From: a virus
Lineage: Duplodnaviria; Caudoviricetes
Virus record (IMG/VR): IMGVR_UViG_3300031414_000005
Reading direction: 5' to 3' (one strand)
DNA length: 64,000 nt
Position 1 is the stretch's first letter, and each line of letters opens with the position of its first letter. Under the pieces are notes generated by a model that was given only the letters and a program-made list of their open reading frames with translations, made no database searches and was not told the origin of the DNA. Of this stretch, positions 16,523-25,854 are shown piece by piece. Made by a program: the position numbers and the translations under genes.

Positions 16523-18073
16523 TTAGATTGTGCGCAGGCTGAGGCTGCGCAACAGGTTGTTGGTTCGGGTTTTGATTTTACCCACATCCGCATTCAGCAG
16601 TGCCTGCACACCCATGCCAGTGACGGTGTCCCATTTGAAATCGTCCAGGGACTCGTTGTACTTCGTGAGTTCCCAGTCCGGCTTCCCGTCGTCACCCCGT
16701 GTGATCGCGATGCTACCATCGGCCACGGCCGGGTGATTACTGATGAACGTCTGGTACTGGTCCAGGTTGCTCACCATGTTGGCGGTGATGATCGCACTCA
16801 CCCGCTGATGCCACAGACCCAGCGTCGAGATGTTGGTGCGTACCGCTTTGACCAGGTTGTTCAGGGCCATCACAAATGCCGTGATGTTCTGGACACTGGA
16901 GACATAACGGACGTAGACATTGGCAAAGGCCGGGCTGTTCAGCGACTGTGCGAGCTTGGCATCGTCAGTTGACAAGTTGTCGTTTTTCAACAGCTCGTTT
17001 AACACCGACACATCAATGCTGGCCATGTTAGTCACACTGCCTTTCATGAAGGTGGCCAGGCGGGTGTTTAACGCCACCAGGTTCTCATCACTTTTCAACA
17101 TGTCTTTGAACTCGGTTTTCACCGCACGGGCGATACTCCCCAGTTCATTGAACTGCTCAGACATGCTGGTCAGTTCATTGCCTTTGTCACTTCCCAGCAA
17201 CACCAACAGACGGTTCAGTTCCGTGCCCAGACGACCGGTGTTCTCCGTGAAGTTACTGGCCAGTTCAATTCGGGTGGCGTAATCGTTCAGCTCGGACTTG
17301 CTCAGCATCGGATTGCGGGAGACACTGCGACGCAGGTCATTCATTACCCGTTTCACTTCGCTGCGAGAGCGAGTCACTTGTGCGGTCAGTTTCGGGATCT
17401 CTTTGCTGATGCTTTGCAGCACCGGCGTCATTTCTTCCGCCTGATCCACTAAGGACTTCAAACTCCCTACCCGTTCCCCCACGTAGGCCAACTGTACCGC
17501 ATTGTTAGCGTCTTTCGGGATTTGGCTGAAGTAGTTAGCCAGTTCCACGTTAGAAGCCACACCAACCGCTTTGGTGACGCGTGCGAGGTCATCCTGAATG
17601 GCGGTGGCCACGTATTCACGACGGGTCAGCATATCAGCCGTGGATTTAAAGCCCGTCCACTCCAGCACCTTCCCTTTCAGGAACTGCCAGGCCTGCTTGA
17701 TATACTCAATGACTTTCTTAACGAAAGCCACGATGGTGTCTTTGATTGCACCGAACACCGATTCCATGGAACTGCGGAAGTTCACACGGGAAGGCACATC
17801 CGTGAAATGCTCCAACCCCATGCCGGGCTTGGCCAGGTGCGGGCACTTACGGTACAGTGCAGCCATGACCGGACGGGAGATCCCTTCATCAATCGTCAAG
17901 GCTTCCAGCGCAGCAACCATGGCAGAGATCTGGTCTTCGGTCCCCGCAGCGGTTTTGTACGTTTCGGTCAGGGTGATCTGTCCTTCGTTGGTCAGCGGGT
18001 GTGCAACGTGGTACGCCACATCCGGGGCAAACCCATCGAGTTGCAACCCACTATCAATGATTGCGTCTGTCAT
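16523..18073 (-). CDS. Head (inner body/ejection) protein
   Basis: 516 aa; ALE, GLE and SME sites, then VKKVIEYIKQAWQFLK amphipathic helix; SPN3US gp47-like position. Confidence 0.7.
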   Translation of the reverse strand: MTDAIIDSGLQLDGFAPDVAYHVAHPLTNEGQITLTETYKTAAGTEDQISAMVAALEALTIDEGISRPVMAALYRKCPHLAKPGMGLEHFTDVPSRVNFRSSMESVFGAIKDTIVAFVKKVIEYIKQAWQFLKGKVLEWTGFKSTADMLTRREYVATAIQDDLARVTKAVGVASNVELANYFSQIPKDANNAVQLAYVGERVGSLKSLVDQAEEMTPVLQSISKEIPKLTAQVTRSRSEVKRVMNDLRRSVSRNPMLSKSELNDYATRIELASNFTENTGRLGTELNRLLVLLGSDKGNELTSMSEQFNELGSIARAVKTEFKDMLKSDENLVALNTRLATFMKGSVTNMASIDVSVLNELLKNDNLSTDDAKLAQSLNSPAFANVYVRYVSSVQNITAFVMALNNLVKAVRTNISTLGLWHQRVSAIITANMVSNLDQYQTFISNHPAVADGSIAITRGDDGKPDWELTKYNESLDDFKWDTVTGMGVQALLNADVGKIKTRTNNLLRSLSLRTI

Positions 18074-18561
18074 ACCACACCATCCTCACGTGCCGCCACT
18101 ACCAGGTTGCCAGTGAAGCAATGACCCACACGGGTGATGCCCCGCATGATCTCACCGTTAGCCGGGTCTTCTTCACCCACCACCAGGGATTCAAACGCCG
18201 GGTTCATCTGCTTGCCGACACTGATCATGGCACGGGTCAGCACATCTGACTCAATGCTGTTTGGCATGTGCACCATGTTAAAGCGGGCGCTCCACAGCTC
18301 ATAAGTCAGTGCATAGACACGTTGCACGTCATACGACGCCGCTTCGTTCACGGTACTCAGGGCTTCTTTAACGATCGGGGCCAGTTCATTGTTGAAGTAA
18401 CCGGTTGGAATGATGTTACCGTCTGCCGGGACCGGTAGGTTGTATGCGACACCGCGTGCGATCGCCAGTTCCGCTGCTGCGGTGCGTTGACTCACGGTCA
18501 GTGAAGCATTGTTACGAATGGCCGCCAGTGCACTCACCAGAGCATCAATTTTAATAGACAT
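18070..18561 (-). CDS. Small virion protein
   Basis: 163 aa; coupled within the head-gene operon. Confidence 0.65.
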   Translation of the reverse strand: MSIKIDALVSALAAIRNNASLTVSQRTAAAELAIARGVAYNLPVPADGNIIPTGYFNNELAPIVKEALSTVNEAASYDVQRVYALTYELWSARFNMVHMPNSIESDVLTRAMISVGKQMNPAFESLVVGEEDPANGEIMRGITRVGHCFTGNLVVAAREDGVV

Positions 18562-18563
18562 TA

Positions 18564-20009
18564 TCAGGTATCCTCACGCAGTAATTCAAATCTGTTAGCT
18601 TGTGAATAGAGACTGTTGTTAACCAACGACTCTAAGGTGACTTGCATCTGTTTGATGTTGAGCTCATTACGGGCCGCGGCATTAAACAGCTGCACAAAAC
18701 TTTTGGCCAAGGCGTTATCTTTACCGATGTTCGCCAGGGCTTTCTTACCGTTATCAATATCAAGCTGCAACAGCTGACGTTCATCGCGGGTCAGACCCGG
18801 GTTCTTCAACTGCGCATACATCTCACGCAACGCACGTTCTGCTCGACCGCGATAGTCGTCGTACATCTTACCGACATAGTTGTCGTTCAGTGACGAGGTG
18901 GAAATCAGATTGACCACTGCAATAACTGACCCCATCATCCCGCCCACGGTGGCACCCAGTAACAGACCGAGGCCTGCACTGCCGAACCACAGCGCGGTCG
19001 CGGTCAACGCAAACCCAGCACCGGCTAGATTACGGGCGAGGCGTTCTGCACTGCGCTGCTTTTGGAATGTAGCGTATTCATCCCCAAACATGCTGATGAC
19101 TTCAATCCCGGCACGTCCGGCACCAAAACGGGTGGCAAAGATATCCGCACCATTTTCGTTATTGATATCATCGTAACCGTAGGCCTGGTAAATGCTAATA
19201 CGTTGCTGTTGGGCGCGCCCCTGGAGTGAGACATAGTAAAGCGGGCCGTCATTCTTCTTCGCCAGTTCGTTCTTATCCGGCAGTGGCGTGTTGATTTCAT
19301 TTTCCAAGTCCACCAAAATCTGACGACGCTTACTTTCATCAGGCTCGGCGACCAGACAGCAAATCGCCGCGTTGATGACCAGGTTGGTGCGCACACCGTA
19401 CACCATGTACTCAAAGACGTCCCAGACATGTCCCAGTTCGTGCAGGAACGTAAACACAATGTGTTCCCCTTTCAGGGTCTTATTGCTTTTCTGTGACTGC
19501 TGCTTGGCTTTCAGGATGAAGTCATCCGAGATCCCCACTTCAAAAGGAATCCGGGTGAAGTCACCGGTCAGCTGTGCGGTCTTTAAGTCCACCCCGCCTT
19601 TTAACACCCCTTTGCTCTGGGTGTAGAGTTTCCCCAGTACCGCTTTATCAAAGTTGCGCCCTGTGTACGCTTTCCAGTTCTCAAAGATCTGGTGATTCAG
19701 GATATGGCCGGAACCGGGATCCGCCATGTTGGTGTACATGTTGAAACTCAACTCGGGTCGGAGTTTGGTATCCACCACGATCATCTCTTTTAAGAACATG
19801 CCGCGTTGTGCTCGCACCAGTTTTACCAGAGATGTCCCATCGATCATTTTCTGGGTGATCAAACCGTCGGCGGTGGTTGCTGTTTGGTCAATGATTGACT
19901 GGAAGATATTGCACAGCAGTTTGTAAAACCCCGGCGGTTGAAAATCAATGGCCTCTAAACCAAATCCGGTGACCGGGAGATCGGGTTCAAGCCGAGTGAG
20001 CGAAAGCAT
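18564..20009 (-). CDS. Head protein with zincin HExxH motif and hydrophobic segment
   Basis: 481 aa; GFGLEAI cleavage site; LHELGH; ENGADIFATRFGAG; Gly/Ala-rich TM-like region. Confidence 0.7.
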   Translation of the reverse strand: MLSLTRLEPDLPVTGFGLEAIDFQPPGFYKLLCNIFQSIIDQTATTADGLITQKMIDGTSLVKLVRAQRGMFLKEMIVVDTKLRPELSFNMYTNMADPGSGHILNHQIFENWKAYTGRNFDKAVLGKLYTQSKGVLKGGVDLKTAQLTGDFTRIPFEVGISDDFILKAKQQSQKSNKTLKGEHIVFTFLHELGHVWDVFEYMVYGVRTNLVINAAICCLVAEPDESKRRQILVDLENEINTPLPDKNELAKKNDGPLYYVSLQGRAQQQRISIYQAYGYDDINNENGADIFATRFGAGRAGIEVISMFGDEYATFQKQRSAERLARNLAGAGFALTATALWFGSAGLGLLLGATVGGMMGSVIAVVNLISTSSLNDNYVGKMYDDYRGRAERALREMYAQLKNPGLTRDERQLLQLDIDNGKKALANIGKDNALAKSFVQLFNAAARNELNIKQMQVTLESLVNNSLYSQANRFELLREDT

Positions 20010-20081
20010 GCATGTTCCTTATTTACAGACATGAGAAGGCCGATGTTATAGTCGAGCATAAAATGAACGAGTCTGAGCCTT

Positions 20082-21791
20082 ATGACAACTGCCAATACTG
20101 ATATTCAATATGATTGCAAGCATGTTTTTTACACCGAATCATCTCGCAGTCGTTCCGACCTTCTATTGATTAAAGAACACGAAGTCCATCCGGACGGCAC
20201 CCGTAAACCAACACTGCGCCGGATCAAAGATTACAAACGTCCTTTTTACATCGTGCGGGAAGGGTTCCGCAATTTTAACGATAAGAAGGATTACATCCCG
20301 AAGAAAATGGTGCAGGAGTTCAAGTCCACCCATTGTGACCTGGTGAACGCCATCAGCCGTGCGTTGTATGGTCGTAATAGCACCAACGGTAACTTGCGAC
20401 AGATGTGTCGTAGCCCGTATGTCTATGGTTGTGACTTAGAACCACCAGTGTACATCAAGAACCGCTACCGCATGCGTTACCCGGATGCCCAGTCTGTCTC
20501 CACGGTGTCGGTGTTCGATATCGAAACCAACGTGGTTGATGGTTCAGGTGATATCCTGATGGCCACCCTGTCATTCAAAGAACGGATCTTTACGTTCGTG
20601 GTACGCAGCTTCTTAGGTCGGATGCCTGACGAAGTGATGCTGGAGAAACTGCGGGAAGTCGAACAAAAGTATCTGCGGGAACACCTCGATCCCCGTAATG
20701 CCACGGTTGAGTACCTGTTGGTTGATACCCCACTGGAAGGGATTCAGGCCTTGTTCGCCAAAGCACACGAATGGAAACCCGATTTCATCACGGGCTGGAA
20801 CTTGTTTGACTTTGATATCCCCAAAGTACTGGATCTGATTCAGCGTGCCGGTTTGCACCCCGAAGACATTTTCTGTGCCCCGGAAGTCCCGGAAGAATAC
20901 CGCAGCATGGTGTTCAACAAAGGCAAGACTCACAAGTTCAAAGAGGACGGTACGAAGACCCCACTCAAGAACTATGAGAAGTGGCCCTACATCCTGGCCC
21001 CAGCCTCGTTCCAGTGGGCAGACAGCATGTGTATCTATCATGGCCTGCGCATCGCGAAGGGTAAGGAACTGAAATACACCCTGGACTACATCGCTGAGAA
21101 AAACATCAAAATCGGTAAGATGAAGTTTGAGGAAGCAGACGGCTTTGTTTCCAGCAGTCTGGAATGGCACGATTACATGCAGGCTAACTACCCGTTTGAA
21201 TACGTGGCATACAACATCTTCGACTGCGTGGTTGTCGAACTGCTGGACGAGAAAATCATGGACCTGTGCATGACCGTTCCGTTCTTCTGTAAAGACTCAC
21301 AGTACAAAGACTTTAACTCACAACCGCGTCGTATTTCTGAGGCCATGGAGTTTGAAGCCCAGGACCGTGGGTTTGTCTGGGGGACCACCTCAGATAAAAT
21401 GAAACATGAACTGGATGAGCATTTACCGTCCTTGTCGAAATGGATTGCGATCTTGCACACGGAGATGGTGGCCTTGAATGGGCGACCGATGTACAGCGAG
21501 TTCCCGAACCTCTGTTCCAACATCCATGAAGAAACCAACGACATCGATGTGGAGGGGGCATATCCCACCGGTACGTTAGCCATGAACGTGGGTAAAACCA
21601 CCACATGGATTGAAACCTGTGAGATCGACGGGTTGGACTTCTGGCAGTTCCGTGAAGTGGCAGTGAACCTGGCAGCCAGTCATATCAGCAACGCGTCTGA
21701 GATCGTCCAGATGGTGCACAAGGCCCCAGGCTTTGATACCTTACTGTCTGATTTCATGACCGAGTCTGAATCTGTTGAACAAGCGGCATAA
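20082..21791 (+). CDS. polB: Family B DNA polymerase, N-terminal/exonuclease + motif A part of the split enzyme (phiKZ gp82-like)
   Basis: ExoI VFDIET, ExoII TGWNLFDFDIP, ExoIII YNIFDC, Pol motif A DVEGAYPT; no motif C (DTDS) in this ORF. Confidence 0.88.
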   Translation: MTTANTDIQYDCKHVFYTESSRSRSDLLLIKEHEVHPDGTRKPTLRRIKDYKRPFYIVREGFRNFNDKKDYIPKKMVQEFKSTHCDLVNAISRALYGRNSTNGNLRQMCRSPYVYGCDLEPPVYIKNRYRMRYPDAQSVSTVSVFDIETNVVDGSGDILMATLSFKERIFTFVVRSFLGRMPDEVMLEKLREVEQKYLREHLDPRNATVEYLLVDTPLEGIQALFAKAHEWKPDFITGWNLFDFDIPKVLDLIQRAGLHPEDIFCAPEVPEEYRSMVFNKGKTHKFKEDGTKTPLKNYEKWPYILAPASFQWADSMCIYHGLRIAKGKELKYTLDYIAEKNIKIGKMKFEEADGFVSSSLEWHDYMQANYPFEYVAYNIFDCVVVELLDEKIMDLCMTVPFFCKDSQYKDFNSQPRRISEAMEFEAQDRGFVWGTTSDKMKHELDEHLPSLSKWIAILHTEMVALNGRPMYSEFPNLCSNIHEETNDIDVEGAYPTGTLAMNVGKTTTWIETCEIDGLDFWQFREVAVNLAASHISNASEIVQMVHKAPGFDTLLSDFMTESESVEQAA

Positions 21792-21797
21792 TCCATC

Positions 21798-21830
21798 AAA
21801 GGGGAGAGGCGCAAGCCTCTCCCTCTTTTT
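21798..21830. terminator. Bidirectional terminator, copy 2 of the identical 22-bp hairpin
   Basis: AAAG-GGGAGAGGC-GCAA-GCCTCTCCC-TCTTTTT between convergent genes. Confidence 0.85.
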
Positions 21831-21840
21831 AGGTTTTTTT

Positions 21841-24786
21841 TTATTCGCTGCGGTGACGCAGGAAGTTAACCGTGACGTCTTCCTGAACTGTCAGGTCTTT
21901 GTTCGCTGCAATGATCAGCTTCTTCTTCAGTGCAAAGCGCAGGGTTTCGTCATCCACGGTCGCCACGTCGATGTTTTGTGCATCGCCGAAGCCTTCCACT
22001 TTGATGTCCACCACGTCATCCGTAACAATCTCACGCAATGCGCCAATGATGTCGCTGACCGCCACCCGTTGAGACTTCAGGCAAGCATTGAGCACCGTTG
22101 GGGTGCTGGTGCGCAGCGAGGCTTTCAGGTTGTCGTTAGCGTAACCCACTTTCGTGAGGTAGTAACTCACCGTGAAACTCAGTGCTGCATCCATCCGGTC
22201 AACCAGATCTGCATTGACCGTGACTTCCAGTTCACCCAATGTGCGTTTCGGCTGGTAGTTGATCCAGGTGCGTTCCAGCAACAGCGATTGCAGATAAGCG
22301 ATGTCAGACACCACCCAATTAATCAACTGTTGTTTTACCGCCGCCATGTAATCTTTATCCAGCGAGGCGGTGGCAAAGTAGTAGATGCCGTCCAGGGTCA
22401 CGATATCGAACTGGCGCAGGATATCCCGATCGTCCAGGGGAATCGGTTGTCCGTTGTTGTCCAACATCACAGTGCCTTTGGCGTACTTGATCAACGGGGT
22501 CGTGCCGTCACTGTCGTACTCAACATCCCCTTTGGCGTGCTCAAGGATAGCCTTACCATCGTCACCCAACACCAGCCGGCCATCACCATCCCGTTTGAAG
22601 ACATCCGCGGGGTACGTCACATAGACATCCTGCGGGTGTTTCTTGTACTCCACCACCGAGGCTACTGAACGGGATTTACGCCACAGGCCAGACAGGTTGG
22701 TTTTGTCCGCAGTGGTTCCGTTTAACGACGTGCCAAACTGGATACGGAAACCTTCCTCAATAATTGCCACCATGGGAACCGGCAGGTAATCATTGTTGAT
22801 ACGCTGGTCTGTTTCGCTCGTCACCGCATTCGGTCGCAGGCTCTTGTCGATGCACGTGATAAACCGGAAGTCCTGCTTCAGCAATGCTTTGGTTGCCGCA
22901 GGGGCGTTACCGTACATGCCGAACGAGTCAAAGATGAGGTTGTCGTTGTCATCGATGTCCAGGTTGCTGGTGATGTCGAATTGGTAGATCCGTTCACGGT
23001 TCTCATCCCGTCCGGCCAACACCCCGGTCATGTAGGCATAGTTGAACTCACCTTGTGGGGTGAACAACATCTGCATTGCCACTGCGTCGTCTTCCAGCGC
23101 TTTGTACTCGTCGCTGCTTTTGGTGGTGACCATCACCCGATAGCCAGTTGCGGTTTTGGCAATCCCGTAACTGCCGATGTTAACCGCCAGGCTCACAGAG
23201 TTGTTCTCGTAATAGAACACCCGGTCAGTGATCTCGGGTTCGTTCATGTCATAGATCCGCACGTTCAACTGATCGTCGCTGGTATCGATAACGTAATAGA
23301 ACGGACTGAAGAGATACTGTTGGTTAGCGATGGCATCGCACAGGTCTTCTGCCGACATACCGAACAAGGCTTGACGGGTTGCTTCAGGCACAATGCTGAA
23401 CACACCGTCCAACACCATGTACAACGTTTCAGGGGTGATCGTCACCCGCTCGCCGTTGTTTTTCACCGTGGGCATAGCCGCCAACGATTTCATGGTGGTT
23501 AACATCGATCCGGTAAAAGTCCCGACACTGGAACCAAACCCTTTGTTGTCCTGCACCGGCATATCAGAGGTAGCGCAGTACAGTCGTGCCGTGGGGACAT
23601 CGATGGTCTTCAGGACGTCGAAGCCACGGTCCCGGACTTTCTGACTGATCTGGGCGGGAGTGATTGGAATCTCGGTTTTCCGTGAGTCGTAGATCACCCC
23701 TTGCTTCAGTGACGCAAACGACCGTGCCGCCGTACCCCCGTTGATGAGCGTGGTGGCCGCCCAACCCTGGTTATGGATCAACCGGATAGGTTCGCTGTAA
23801 ATACTCAACGCTTCGCCGGTGTAATCAAAGTCACGGTAGGTGGCAAGGAAGTTATCCCCCTTTAACGAACCGTAGTCTTTGTTGTACACGCCTTTGGTGT
23901 AGTAAATGAAGATTTGCAACTTACCCACACCCAACCCGTTGCTGACGTAGATCTCCGGCATGCTGAGATCAATGCTCCCCGTGTCGAGTGACGCAGACAG
24001 GGTCAGTGTGGCCGGGTCAAAGGTTTGTTTAGAGAACGACACCGTGACTTCATTCCAGCTGGTTGCATTGTTCGGACGGAAGAATGCTCGCACCGCATAA
24101 AACGAATCACTGAAGCTGTAGCTCTCATTGAAGCCTGACGAGGTGGTCACACTCGCCGTGTACTGGGCAATGTCATACTGACGCACCGGCACCTGGATGA
24201 TCAGGATTTCATCGTTGTTGATGTAACGGCTTTCCCACTCCAGGTAATTGGTGGTGAGGTTGGTTAAGGTGTTGGTTACGTTGGCATCATAAACAATCTG
24301 GAAACCCCCGTGTTGCATGATGCGGATTTCAAAGGCGTAATCCACACAGAACGGCACATCCAGGATATTGATGACGGTGTCTTTGGGAATCACCAGTTTT
24401 TTATAACTGTTCCCCAACCCGTCATCTGACTCGGTAAAGGTCACGGCACGGTTACGGACTTCCGCTGCACTGATTGCATAAGCTAACACAGTACTGGCTG
24501 GAGTTGCACCAATACCGACGCGGTCTTCATCCGACATCCAGCGCCCGAGGTCGGCCATGCTGCGGGCGTGCACCGGGTAATACTCGCTGATCAGGTCTTG
24601 GTGTTGTGCCATGATCATTGCCGCATTGACCGCCGAGACTTCCAGGCCGTAAATAAACGGACTGTTGGCATCCACAATCTGGAAACCCACCCCCATGGCT
24701 TGCTGGAGTTTGTCCAATGCAATGTCCTGGATGGCAGCTGGGTTAGTACGCACCGCGTACAGATCACTAACTGTAAGAGAGGTCAT
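21841..24786 (-). CDS. Large baseplate wedge protein (phiKZ gp87 / SPN3US gp48-like)
   Basis: About 980 aa, beta-rich; start moved to ATG 24786 (AGGTGG RBS); size and position in the conserved block. Confidence 0.7.
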   Translation of the reverse strand: MTSLTVSDLYAVRTNPAAIQDIALDKLQQAMGVGFQIVDANSPFIYGLEVSAVNAAMIMAQHQDLISEYYPVHARSMADLGRWMSDEDRVGIGATPASTVLAYAISAAEVRNRAVTFTESDDGLGNSYKKLVIPKDTVINILDVPFCVDYAFEIRIMQHGGFQIVYDANVTNTLTNLTTNYLEWESRYINNDEILIIQVPVRQYDIAQYTASVTTSSGFNESYSFSDSFYAVRAFFRPNNATSWNEVTVSFSKQTFDPATLTLSASLDTGSIDLSMPEIYVSNGLGVGKLQIFIYYTKGVYNKDYGSLKGDNFLATYRDFDYTGEALSIYSEPIRLIHNQGWAATTLINGGTAARSFASLKQGVIYDSRKTEIPITPAQISQKVRDRGFDVLKTIDVPTARLYCATSDMPVQDNKGFGSSVGTFTGSMLTTMKSLAAMPTVKNNGERVTITPETLYMVLDGVFSIVPEATRQALFGMSAEDLCDAIANQQYLFSPFYYVIDTSDDQLNVRIYDMNEPEITDRVFYYENNSVSLAVNIGSYGIAKTATGYRVMVTTKSSDEYKALEDDAVAMQMLFTPQGEFNYAYMTGVLAGRDENRERIYQFDITSNLDIDDNDNLIFDSFGMYGNAPAATKALLKQDFRFITCIDKSLRPNAVTSETDQRINNDYLPVPMVAIIEEGFRIQFGTSLNGTTADKTNLSGLWRKSRSVASVVEYKKHPQDVYVTYPADVFKRDGDGRLVLGDDGKAILEHAKGDVEYDSDGTTPLIKYAKGTVMLDNNGQPIPLDDRDILRQFDIVTLDGIYYFATASLDKDYMAAVKQQLINWVVSDIAYLQSLLLERTWINYQPKRTLGELEVTVNADLVDRMDAALSFTVSYYLTKVGYANDNLKASLRTSTPTVLNACLKSQRVAVSDIIGALREIVTDDVVDIKVEGFGDAQNIDVATVDDETLRFALKKKLIIAANKDLTVQEDVTVNFLRHRSE

Positions 24787-24800
24787 AATTCCACCTGTGA

Positions 24801-25811
24801 TTAACGCTCGATGTACCATTCCAGTTCATGGCTGGCTTCATCTATATACGGATAGCCAAAGAAGTTGAACTCCACCAGTTTACCCCGGGGAATTTTCACG
24901 TAGTGTGATTTGCGGACTTTGGGATCCATTAATTTATTGAACATGATAACCGTTCTATTGAAATCGCGCACCAGAACACTTTCATTGTAACGGAAGCCGG
25001 TGAAGTCAAACTGGACGTCGATGGTTTGGTTGTCCGCGTTTAAGCGACTGTTCTCCACCCGCTTATAGTTGAACATGTTGCCAGACGGGAACGAGGTCGG
25101 GTAACCGGCAATGCACGACGAGATCTTGTTCACCTTACGGTACTGATCGTCCAGCACCAAACGGTAAACCCGCGTCTCGTAATCTTTGTAGTCGTCAAGC
25201 ATCGCTGCCATACGGGCCTGAATACCCCGATCCCCCACCGAGACTTCAGCCTGGTAAGTCAGCCAGATATCAAACAGTAAGGACACCGGGTCACCAATGA
25301 TGTTGTCAAAGGTGGCACTCACCGGGTAGTTCCCGTTGATCTCGTAGATATCATCCGGCTTTGACCAGGTTTCCTTACGCATGCCTTCTGGCGAGGTGTA
25401 CGACCGGATAGTGGCATCAGGCATACCCCCCAGGGTTTGGATGGTATTGGTCAGAATTGGGATGAACGCCTGGCGATTATCGAACAGCGCAGATTTGAGT
25501 CCCAGGTCGTTTGTACCCTGCGGATCCAACATCATACGGACAGCAGAAGGAATGCTATTGGGTTGTTTATCCAGCAGGACTTCGAACTTCGGATGCCGCG
25601 TGAGATTATTGTATGTTAAATTGAGAAGCGGCCTGGTAAACAGGACGAGTCCCATATCGTCTCGGTTTGCCGGGAGGAGCGTACCCTTAGTTGCGAACTT
25701 GTTCAAGCCCCAGTAGTTAAGTGAAATGGCCGACCGAAGATCACCGTTACCCTGTCGCGCAACGGCACGATTGATAAGGTCGTCCAATGAAACTGAAGAA
25801 TCGTCAGCCAT
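24801..25811 (-). CDS. Tail/baseplate structural protein (gp88-like)
   Basis: 336 aa; GAGGA RBS; co-transcribed with the wedge gene. Confidence 0.65.
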   Translation of the reverse strand: MADDSSVSLDDLINRAVARQGNGDLRSAISLNYWGLNKFATKGTLLPANRDDMGLVLFTRPLLNLTYNNLTRHPKFEVLLDKQPNSIPSAVRMMLDPQGTNDLGLKSALFDNRQAFIPILTNTIQTLGGMPDATIRSYTSPEGMRKETWSKPDDIYEINGNYPVSATFDNIIGDPVSLLFDIWLTYQAEVSVGDRGIQARMAAMLDDYKDYETRVYRLVLDDQYRKVNKISSCIAGYPTSFPSGNMFNYKRVENSRLNADNQTIDVQFDFTGFRYNESVLVRDFNRTVIMFNKLMDPKVRKSHYVKIPRGKLVEFNFFGYPYIDEASHELEWYIER

Positions 25812-25854
25812 CTTTTACATCCTCAAGAATTACCTGAATAGCCAGGAGTAATAC

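Noticed and set aside
21775-22668. 297-aa + strand ORF opposite the baseplate wedge gene
   Set aside because: It crosses a bidirectional terminator and is antisense to a real gene
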